Origin: a virus
IMG/VR virus record: IMGVR_UViG_3300025914_000010
Location: 1-64,000 of that record
Reading direction: 5' to 3' (one strand)
DNA length: 64,000 nt
Shown: positions 56,631 through 64,000 of the stretch, one piece after another
Layout: each line of letters starts with the position of its first letter
Position numbering within the stretch: position 1 is the stretch's first letter
The notes under the pieces: model-generated
What the model was told of the DNA's origin: nothing
Databases searched by the model: none
Seen by the model: only the letters and a program-made list of their open reading frames with translations
Made by a program: the position numbers and the translations under genes

Positions 56631-56705
56631 CTGCCGCCTCCTATGCGGACTTACTGCACGGGCAACCGCCAAACTCCCGGTAAGTCGGTCGCCCGCACAT
56701 CTTGC

Positions 56706-56921
56706 TTACTGACCGCTGACCTTCGACCACGTAGGACTCGCACTCGTGCCGCTGTTCTCGTAGAGAACCGAGTTGGTCGTATCGATCAACAACGCCCCTT
56801 TGCCTGCGTTCTGGTTGGCGTAAGTGCCGCTGGTGCCGTTGGTCGGCGCTCCGGCGTTGCGCAGCGGAGTGCCGAGGCCGGACCCGGCCCAAGCATTCGT
56901 GCTGCTTGCAATCACTGGCAT
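56706..56921 (-). CDS. Putative head decoration protein
   Basis: GAPTNG...GALLIDTTN..LYEN.GT.ASPTW; GGAGG RBS. Confidence 0.7.
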   Translation of the reverse strand: MPVIASSTNAWAGSGLGTPLRNAGAPTNGTSGTYANQNAGKGALLIDTTNSVLYENSGTSASPTWSKVSGQ

Positions 56922-56940
56922 TGGTTGTTACCTCCCGTAA

Positions 56941-56971
56941 AGACAAAGCCTCCGGCCAATAACCGGAGGCT
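56941..56971 (-). terminator. Terminator downstream of capsid/HNH
   Basis: AGCCTCCGG-TTATTGG-CCGGAGGCT-TTGTCTTT. Confidence 0.7.
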
Positions 56972-57001
56972 GGTGAGTGATGCTATGCGGTTGTGATCGG
57001 A

Positions 57002-57914
57002 TCATTCGATGCTGGCGAGTTTTCGTTCTAGTTCAAGAATGTGCGCTTTCGCTTCCTTTAGTTCATTCTCGATTTTTGCGCGCTTCTGCTTCAATTCACG
57101 TTGCGTTATTACGTTGTGGTCCGTAGGAGAAACTATCTGGAGATTCTCAATCCGATTATCATCCTTCACGCCGTTGATGTGATGGATGCATTCTTTTCGA
57201 GTAAGAAATCTCCCGATGCTCTGTTCAACCACTACGCGGTGATGAAATTGCCACCCTCGATTAGAACGATTAGGATGATCTGGAGACCACACCATAACGT
57301 AGCCTTCGGGTGTCAATTTCGCAGGTCGTCCATTGAATTCCCAGTCCAGAGGCCGCTTAATATCGTCCATCGCCTCGCACTCTTTGGAACAATAGCGCTG
57401 TTTGTGCTGGCTGGGTTTCAGAACGAGTTCCCTGTCGCAGGTTTCACATCGCTTGATTATTGGCGTTTTGGCACGAAAACGATTAGCACATCTTCGAGCA
57501 GAAAATGCCACTACCTTGACCGCTTTTGCTGCGATAAGTAGGTTTGCCGCAATGCTCACATGGGAATTCTTCGCCACGTCGCTTCTTTTTAGGTCGCACC
57601 CACTGTCCCGATGCCACACGGCGTTGCATCGTGTAAGTACCACGACACTTCGCGCCACAGAACCACGGGCGATCGACCCTCACCTGAGATAGATAACGTG
57701 TAACGTCAGTCCCACATTGCGAGCACGGACGTGTTTCTTTTTTTCCTCGGTAGGGATTGTCGCGCCAACCATCGGGCACATTTCCTAACCTGATACGAAG
57801 CATGTTGGCGCAACTGCGACCGCACGTCCAATACCGCCGCTGATACTGTTGAGCTGGTGTGCGAGTTACGGGTTGCCCACAGAACTCGCACGGCTTCGTT
57901 TCTGTGACTAGCAA
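57002..57914 (-). pseudogene. Frameshifted HNH endonuclease with multiple zinc fingers
   Basis: Zinc-finger ORF 57483-57914 continues in another frame into HHRVVVE...IHHINGVKDDNRIENL. Confidence 0.8.
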
Positions 57915-57969
57915 TATGGTATGCCTCCAGAATAGATTTAACTACCATATTCTAGTTACAGAATACAAT

Positions 57970-59235
57970 CTAAAGCCCCGTAATTTTGCAAAAAGCAGTC
58001 TGTCTTTTGATCTCCAGACTTTCGCGCATCTCCCCACGCACTACGAGTAAATTGCTCGTAAAATACGTGCTATGCTGGTTCGCAACGTCGATGCGGATGC
58101 CCATCCTGCGGCTGATGTGGCTGTACATCGTGAAGTCGCCGGTGAGAGCAGTTCCCTGCGTGATCGCCGGGGTGACAACGACCGACTTCCCGAACAGGTT
58201 CTCGCTGCCCGCTTCCTGCGGCGTCCCGAAGATGTAGAGACCGTCGGTCGTGCGCAGGAGCCTGATGTTCTGCCAATCCGTCGGATGCATGATAACCGCG
58301 CTCGGCTCGGCGAACCCGGTGTAGCGCACGAGCGTGAACGCCTTGTAGATCGCGTCCTGTCGGTCGTCGCCGCCCTTGGCCTGGAGTTGGATGTTCGGCG
58401 CGCTCAGGAACCCGAGCATCTGCGGGGAGGTGCCGGTGCCGGTCAGGAGCAGGACTTCTTCCTCAAGACCGAGCATGAGAACGATGTCGCGATTGATGAT
58501 CCCCATCATCGCCGGAACGTCGTCTACCTGCTCTTCCGTGACTGGGATGAACGTCGCGATCTTCTCGACCGTCGCCGACCGCTCCGTCCACGCCAGCGCC
58601 GACTCCGGCTTCGCGCCCCCTTCAGAGACGCTCGCCGCCGCATTCGTGAACGTGGTGTTCTCCATCCACTTCACGACCTGGAGCGTGGTCGGATCGCTCG
58701 GGATTACATCTGCAACCACCAGGCGGCGGTTCGGATAATCGACCACGATGTCAGTTCGGTAGTTCGGGGGAGTGTAGCCCGCGCCGATGCTGATGAGTGT
58801 CTTGAGGTCAACGTCTTCGAGTTCGAAGCTGAAGTGCTTGTTTCCGGTGTTTCGGAACTTGTACTCGTTGCTCTCGGTGACGATCTGGCCCAGGCTCTTG
58901 CCTTGATACTGAGCTGCGATGCGACGTGGCGTTCCCGCCTGATTGATCGGGCCGGTTGGCGGACGCGGTGTCGTGCGATCGACCTGCTTGAGTTCTTCGA
59001 TACGCGCCTCGTTGCTGATGCGCGCTTCTTGAACGCGAGCGTACTTCAGCTCGCTTTCAAAGGTGATTAGCTCTTTCTCGCGATCGTCGATCTCAGTCAG
59101 CAAATTGGCAGGCATGTCGTACATCTGCCTGCCGTCTGCGTCAACCTGATCGGTGCGGTGCTTCTGGAATATCTCCTGTAGTTCTTCTGTCTTTCGAACA
59201 ATGAGCGCCTGAATCTCGGCTACTGATTTAGCCAT
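57970..59235 (-). CDS. Major capsid protein, HK97 fold
   Basis: Coiled-coil delta domain; EGGAKPES; KIATFIPVT; GTG; MHPTDW..IRL..T.DG.Y; GDF; AFCK. Confidence 0.95.
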   Translation of the reverse strand: MAKSVAEIQALIVRKTEELQEIFQKHRTDQVDADGRQMYDMPANLLTEIDDREKELITFESELKYARVQEARISNEARIEELKQVDRTTPRPPTGPINQAGTPRRIAAQYQGKSLGQIVTESNEYKFRNTGNKHFSFELEDVDLKTLISIGAGYTPPNYRTDIVVDYPNRRLVVADVIPSDPTTLQVVKWMENTTFTNAAASVSEGGAKPESALAWTERSATVEKIATFIPVTEEQVDDVPAMMGIINRDIVLMLGLEEEVLLLTGTGTSPQMLGFLSAPNIQLQAKGGDDRQDAIYKAFTLVRYTGFAEPSAVIMHPTDWQNIRLLRTTDGLYIFGTPQEAGSENLFGKSVVVTPAITQGTALTGDFTMYSHISRRMGIRIDVANQHSTYFTSNLLVVRGEMRESLEIKRQTAFCKITGL

Positions 59236-59274
59236 TGTGTCGTTTCTCCGGCTCAGGCCAACACCGTATCGCGA

Positions 59275-60456
59275 TTAAACGCGTGCGATGCGTGCCTGAA
59301 AGGTCAGGAAGTTGGCGAAACGAGCCGAAACCAACCGACTGTCTGCCTTCTCCACAACCGGAACCGGGTCCGCAACAACGACAGGAGCCGCCTCGGTAGG
59401 CGGCTCCTGTTTCTCATTCTCTTGCGTTTCTGGCTCTGGCGGGATGGGGGAGGGAGTCGGTGTGTCCGGCTCATCGGGAGGCGTTTCCACCTCCGGGCTT
59501 GCGGCCTCGTCAGCATCCCGCTGGAGTCCTTTGAATAGCAACCCGATCGCAGTCACCGCTTCCGTGCGAGAGAGTCCTGAATCCCTCAGAAACCTCTCGA
59601 AGGCGCGTTTCGTCTGCAAATCGCCTGCCGTATATCGCTTAACCCGCGTAATGTCGGCCATGTCATTAGCCGGTGCTACCACGGGCGAAACTTCATATAA
59701 ATGCACGTTCGTCAAGAGGCGCGCACCGTTGCGCGACATCGCAATGTCTTTCTCGGACGGCTTGTACCCGACGCTCTTCCAGTAGTCGGCGACCTCTTTC
59801 GGCCCATCCAGCATCTCGTCGGAAAGCACCTTATAGCCGATGCTCATCTTCTTGAGCACGCCGTCCTTCAAGAGCACCATGCAGTCTTTGCCGTGCTGCG
59901 TCGGGCTGATCTTCCCCTGCACGAAAAGGCCCTTCGCGTCTTCCTTCGCGGAAGTGACTTTCCCGATCGGGCTATCCCACTGGTGGTTGATGCCCCCCAG
60001 AAAAATCACGTCGGTCGATCCTTCGGCCATCAACTTTTCAATGCTGCGCTTGAATGCCCCGGACGCGACGATCTCCTGCGCCGTATCGATGTTATGGAAC
60101 GCGTTTCCGTAGCCTTCGAACTCCGATCCGTCTCCGCTCGCGCTCTTCAGCTCGAACGGAACCGTCTTGAACGAGAGCACGTTGTCCGCCGACTTCCCCG
60201 GCTTGCTATCATCCGTGTCCTGATCGGTGTCCGGCCCCGTCTCCCAACCTTCCGGCAGAGAAAACCCGCGCCGCTTCGCGATCTCGATGATACGCGCCCT
60301 CACCGCTTGCGGGTCGGCAGCACGACCGTAGAGGTGAGCGGCGGCGAAGACGTGGGCTTGGGTATCGATCGGGAACGTGTGGTTCGGCCCAGCGAACGAG
60401 TCGTCGGGTATCCTCGCGCGTTCCGCCTCGGTTACATATTTAAGTCCGATATTCAT
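59275..60456 (-). CDS. HK97-type prohead protease with extra N-terminal domain
   Basis: FEGYG.AF..D..GAF; NHQW..PIG; KGLFV; KMSIGY; LYEVS.V..PAN; N-terminal R..IPD..FA..FPI..HV..A module. Confidence 0.92.
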   Translation of the reverse strand: MNIGLKYVTEAERARIPDDSFAGPNHTFPIDTQAHVFAAAHLYGRAADPQAVRARIIEIAKRRGFSLPEGWETGPDTDQDTDDSKPGKSADNVLSFKTVPFELKSASGDGSEFEGYGNAFHNIDTAQEIVASGAFKRSIEKLMAEGSTDVIFLGGINHQWDSPIGKVTSAKEDAKGLFVQGKISPTQHGKDCMVLLKDGVLKKMSIGYKVLSDEMLDGPKEVADYWKSVGYKPSEKDIAMSRNGARLLTNVHLYEVSPVVAPANDMADITRVKRYTAGDLQTKRAFERFLRDSGLSRTEAVTAIGLLFKGLQRDADEAASPEVETPPDEPDTPTPSPIPPEPETQENEKQEPPTEAAPVVVADPVPVVEKADSRLVSARFANFLTFQARIARV

Positions 60457-60473
60457 AAAGTTAATCCAGGCAT

Positions 60474-60506
60474 GAAAAAGCCCGCGACGCATGGTATCGC
60501 GGGCTT
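60474..60506 (-). terminator. Terminator-like stem upstream of the protease gene
   Basis: AAGCCCGCGA-TACCATGCG-TCGCGGGCTT-TTTC. Confidence 0.65.
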
Positions 60507-60531
60507 GGCAGCAAAGCGAACGGCGGACGCT

Positions 60532-60684
60532 CTACATCGGGCTAGGCTTCGGCACCATCGGCTTCGGGATCGCTCTCGGCTTTGGATGCGGAATGATCGT
60601 CGGGTTCGGCTTGTACGGCACGACTGTAGGCTTCGGGCTTGGCGCGGGCTTCGGCGGCGGCAGAGTTGGTTTAGATCGGGCCAT
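60532..60684 (-). CDS. 50-aa Pro/Lys-rich peptide (missing from ORF track)
   Basis: MARSKPTLPPPKPAPSPKPTVVPYKPNPTIIPHPKPRAIPKPMVPKPSPM; AAAGGA RBS. Confidence 0.6.
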   Translation of the reverse strand: MARSKPTLPPPKPAPSPKPTVVPYKPNPTIIPHPKPRAIPKPMVPKPSPM

Positions 60685-60689
60685 CGTCG

Positions 60690-60845
60690 TTATCCTTTCG
60701 GCTTCACGCGGGTCGGTTTCGGCTTGTTGACGGTCACAGGAATCGGCTTTACAGGCCGGTTAGGGAACGGAACGACAGTCCGCGTGCGCGGGTTTCGAGG
60801 CGCGTAGCCGTCGCCCTCGGAAATCAGTTTCTTTTCTTCGGCCAT
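60690..60845 (-). CDS. 51-aa Pro/Lys/Arg-rich peptide
   Basis: MAEEKK...PRNPRTRTVVPFPNRPVKPIPVTVNKPKPTRVKPKG; GAGG RBS. Confidence 0.6.
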   Translation of the reverse strand: MAEEKKLISEGDGYAPRNPRTRTVVPFPNRPVKPIPVTVNKPKPTRVKPKG

Positions 60846-60846
60846 C

Positions 60847-61458
60847 TCAAATCCTCGCGGCGGTCGGTCCGCTCGCACCTCCGACGATTTGCCAGCGACA
60901 GAGACACAATACTCCGCACTCACTCGTCCCGTCTCCTGGGTCAAACGTCACTAAATGCGCGTCGTACGGACCTCCAGCGGCTCTCTGTGGGCACGTTTGG
61001 CAGTGGTTGGTCTCAGGGACGCCTAACACCCAATCGAGTAATGTGCCGACTGGCTGTGCAAGCCGCCAGGCTCCATTTAACGTCCCAAGTAGACGCGTCG
61101 CGTACATCCGCAAGCGACGGATTACTTCTGCCTCACTGTTCGCCCCGCTTACAATGTCGCCAATCAACCCGCTCAGGTAGCGGCTCTGCTCGAACAGCAC
61201 TGTCTGTGCGAACGCCTCATCCGCCGGGTGGATCGGGTCAGTCACGCCCGCCATTCGCCTGCCTAAATGGGCGGCTTGAACATGCGCGCCCGTCAGCGTC
61301 GTTACGAATGCCTGCTGGAGTTGCGTGAGCGAGATGCGCTGGGCAATATATTCCTTGTAGGTGTCGATCAGCGTGTTGGCTGTGTCAGCCTGAAGATGTT
61401 GGAAGAAAAGCAAGAATGCTTCAGAGTCGGTCGTGTCACTTGACGTGCGGCGGTTCAT
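60847..61458 (-). CDS. Head morphogenesis (Mu gpF/SPP1 gp7-like) protein
   Basis: W.LG..E.HCQTC...PGDG.SEC...C.C. Confidence 0.7.
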   Translation of the reverse strand: MNRRTSSDTTDSEAFLLFFQHLQADTANTLIDTYKEYIAQRISLTQLQQAFVTTLTGAHVQAAHLGRRMAGVTDPIHPADEAFAQTVLFEQSRYLSGLIGDIVSGANSEAEVIRRLRMYATRLLGTLNGAWRLAQPVGTLLDWVLGVPETNHCQTCPQRAAGGPYDAHLVTFDPGDGTSECGVLCLCRWQIVGGASGPTAARI

Positions 61459-61464
61459 CGCGCC

Positions 61465-62028
61465 TCATTTGTGTAGAAACGGCTTCAATTCATCCATTGA
61501 TGCCGCCTGCGTCAAATCGCTGTGTTGCCAGTAAACCATTCTCACTCCATCATCGTCCGTTGATTTGTAAAGGAACGGCTTGTCGATCGGACAATAAAAA
61601 AGCCCCGTAGGACATTCCTCCGGGGCTTGCCAACGCTCTACATCTCGCGGCCAAGTGTCTGACTGCACATGCAAAAAGAACAACAGTACACGATGATCTG
61701 AATACTTTTGAACTTTCAGGTAATCCAGATAGTGATTGTGGTTTATGCCTGTTACGAACTTCTTTTCTATGCCGTACCAGCTAAAGCGCGTTTTACGTTT
61801 TGCCTCAACCCACCCATGCCAAAAATACCCGGAAGGCGCGGATGGGTTGAAAACAAACATGTCTGGCGCGACTAATTCTTCACCATCACAGAAGAATTGT
61901 GGTCCCTTATGATCGTCGGTTTCCTTCTCGTACACCGGTAGAACATGGAAACCAATCGACTTCAACCACAGCGCTATGATGCTTTCGCCCATTTTGCCTA
62001 TTAGAAGCTGCCTACGAAAATCCCTCAC
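61465..62028 (-). CDS. PD-(D/E)XK nuclease-like protein (candidate restriction endonuclease)
   Basis: G..GE...APD...WVEAKRK; GTGA overlap with MTase. Confidence 0.65.
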   Translation of the reverse strand: MRDFRRQLLIGKMGESIIALWLKSIGFHVLPVYEKETDDHKGPQFFCDGEELVAPDMFVFNPSAPSGYFWHGWVEAKRKTRFSWYGIEKKFVTGINHNHYLDYLKVQKYSDHRVLLFFLHVQSDTWPRDVERWQAPEECPTGLFYCPIDKPFLYKSTDDDGVRMVYWQHSDLTQAASMDELKPFLHK

Positions 62029-63086
62029 AGTGTCGCCCCCCATCCGTAGACAGAGAACGATTCTAAGAACCAATCACGATCTGGCCCAAGGTAGATAATC
62101 GCCTGCCCCTGCAATGGCGCGGAGAGTTTGCCGCCCGGTTCCCAAAACCGAACGCGGCCCCGCGTGAACACTACGGCGCTGGCAACCTCAACAATCTTGC
62201 AGAACCATGCCGTTTCCGTGGCATTGTTCACGAGCACAATAGCCGAAGTCACATCACCGGCGCGGAAATGCTCAACCAGTTTTGAAGCGAATTGGCCGAT
62301 GAGTTCGCCTGCATACGGCGGGTTCATCCATACCCGGCCTTGCCAACACTGCTTTAATCCGTCTGTCTCAGCATCGAAGAACTGAGCCGCGCCGACAACC
62401 TCATTGGCCGCTGCGCTGGATGCAGGATCGGTGTCGATACCGCCCATGACGGCGATTGCAGAAGTGATGTACTCCTTCGGTGTATACCATTCATTGTTTC
62501 CGGCGTTGTAGGAGACGTGCGCTGTCTTTTCAACTTCGCCCCATTTCGTTGTTTCGGCCCACTGCGCCCGCGCTTCCGGCGAAATGTGACAGTAGGGGCA
62601 ATACGGTAAGTCTGCCGCCCAAATATGTGATGGATTGACTTCGCACCGCTTCAGCCCGTCACTGTCTACATGAAATGACTTCGCGTCAGTATAAGCAGGC
62701 GCACTAAAAAACGCCGGTTCCTCTGTCAGAGGTTCCGGCGTAAATGCTGCCAACTCAATTTTGAGCGGAGGCGGCAATTCTTTTGGCTTGTTGAATATAT
62801 GAACAGCTTCGCGCAGACTAAGATTCGCAACGCGTTGCGAATCTTGCAGTAGTTCGTACCTGCGCTCATAAACGCGCATATAGAGATTGGCCGTCCTATG
62901 GCTTCCCTCAAAATTCTGCGCTACCCATTCAATCCATTTACCGTACTCAACCTTGCCCTTTTGTTCTGTAAGCAATTCCCCCGCACGAATTGCGTGCGGC
63001 AGTCCCGAAAGATATGCTGACTGAACGGCCCGATGTTCCTCATTGATTTCCGCTACAACGTCATACACTAATGCTAATTCGCTCAT
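62025..63086 (-). CDS. Phage N6-adenine DNA methyltransferase with N-terminal DUF3102-like domain
   Basis: AIRAGELL..K..V.YG.W..W; NEWYTP; DPAS; WMNPPY. Confidence 0.88.
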   Translation of the reverse strand: MSELALVYDVVAEINEEHRAVQSAYLSGLPHAIRAGELLTEQKGKVEYGKWIEWVAQNFEGSHRTANLYMRVYERRYELLQDSQRVANLSLREAVHIFNKPKELPPPLKIELAAFTPEPLTEEPAFFSAPAYTDAKSFHVDSDGLKRCEVNPSHIWAADLPYCPYCHISPEARAQWAETTKWGEVEKTAHVSYNAGNNEWYTPKEYITSAIAVMGGIDTDPASSAAANEVVGAAQFFDAETDGLKQCWQGRVWMNPPYAGELIGQFASKLVEHFRAGDVTSAIVLVNNATETAWFCKIVEVASAVVFTRGRVRFWEPGGKLSAPLQGQAIIYLGPDRDWFLESFSVYGWGATL

Positions 63087-63222
63087 GTTTGCGCCCCTCC
63101 CAGGCGCTTTATCCTCCAAACGACAAAAAGCGCATAGCAAGCGTTTGGAGGAACGCTTTTCGCCCCGTCGGGCTAGCTATGCGCAGGCTGGTGAACAGCC
63201 ATTTTCAGTTTTTAGCGAACGC

Positions 63223-63792
63223 TTACTTCTTGAGAATAATCTCCGTCTTCGGCATATTCCTCAGTTCCGCCATCCTGCGCTCTAGCAGCACCGCAACTTC
63301 CGCGAGTTCAGCCGGAATAGGGAATCGTTTCACCTGCTTCTCAAGCGCCGCCTGCACGATCGCGTCACCGACGTTCTTCGCGCTTTCGTCAAAAGTTCTA
63401 CCCGAGAAGAACTTCGCCAACTGCTCGCGAGCATCCGCTGCTGTCGGCAAGGGCTTGGCAAGCGCGTCCATCCCCTTTGCAGTGGGCACTTCGGTTGTAT
63501 CGCCCCAATTCGCTCGCCGCTTCCGCCGAAGAAAGTCCGTCACCTCAGCCATACTGGACTTCGCGCGATAGTATTCCTCGCCAATTTCGGTGATGCTCTT
63601 TTCGGGATGAGCGGCTGCGTAATCGGCAAGCGGTGTCTTAATTGACGCGCTGCGCTCGACCGGCGTCTTATAGACCGCCGCGCCCTCCACATAGCACGCA
63701 ACGCCTGCCATGCCAGTCAATCCGCAGTCGCAGCCGCGCCCGAGCGTGGTTTCACAATTCAGGGCGTGGTCGTGGGTTTCGGGAGTTATCAT
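63223..63792 (-). CDS. Hypothetical protein
   Basis: ATGA overlap with upstream gene. Confidence 0.6.
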   Translation of the reverse strand: MITPETHDHALNCETTLGRGCDCGLTGMAGVACYVEGAAVYKTPVERSASIKTPLADYAAAHPEKSITEIGEEYYRAKSSMAEVTDFLRRKRRANWGDTTEVPTAKGMDALAKPLPTAADAREQLAKFFSGRTFDESAKNVGDAIVQAALEKQVKRFPIPAELAEVAVLLERRMAELRNMPKTEIILKK

Positions 63793-64000
63793 GAACGATA
63801 CAAGGCTCCTATACTCGACTGTATCTCTTGCAGCAAATTCGCTTCGTGCGCCTTCCCCGTCCCGTTCCCATTAGTCGCCGCCGCAGGAGCGGGAACTGCC
63901 GCCATCGGCTTCGGTTCAGCGGGCACGGGCGGCTCGGGCAGAAACGACTGCAGGTACTCTTCGACATCCGTCTTCTGCTGGTCGGTCATGGCGTCGTAGC
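63789..64000 (-). CDS. Probable portal protein C-terminus (partial)
   Basis: Position upstream of head genes; Pro/Ala-rich tail; frame open to the window edge. Confidence 0.45.
   Translation of the reverse strand, partial: YDAMTDQQKTDVEEYLQSFLPEPPVPAEPKPMAAVPAPAAATNGNGTGKAHEANLLQEIQSSIGALYRS

Noticed and set aside
1-64000. Host taxonomy assignment
   Set aside because: No host genes present; cannot be supported without database searches

Overview
The whole window reads as a GC-rich temperate, siphovirus-like phage genome. No host genes are visible, and phage genes flank the integrase on both sides, so this looks like the unintegrated (attP) form. About 1-6.1 kb holds small early genes, a tyrosine integrase, a probable attP and a CI/Cro-like switch. 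About 6.2-23.1 kb (+) is the early/middle region: C5 and N6 DNA methyltransferases, a Gp37/68 (DUF5131) protein, a Rad52/Sak-like annealase, a replication initiator with internal iterons, an ASCH protein and many small ORFs. About 23.2-64 kb (-) is the late region: portal C-terminus, head morphogenesis protein, prohead protease, HK97-type capsid, head-tail connectors, tail tube, frameshifted tail chaperone, tape measure, tail-tip/fibre proteins, holin-like genes and a DUF1906 endolysin. The most unusual items are: (1) a heptose/LPS-core-like glycosylation cluster (GmhA, GT9, GT2, three methyltransferases, radical SAM, phosphoesterase) between the head-closure and tail-terminator genes; (2) a discrete ~670-nt structured non-coding transcription unit containing a short-arm tRNA-Leu(UAA), a large tRNA-like domain and 11-bp repeats; (3) a second ~385-nt structured region ending in a tRNA mimic; (4) a structurally conserved but sequence-divergent RNA leader and a GATC-containing operator shared by three dissimilar endonuclease genes; (5) about seven free-standing endonuclease insertions or remnants. 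All protein calls come from motif recognition by eye, and all RNA pairings were traced by hand. No database search or folding computation was run.
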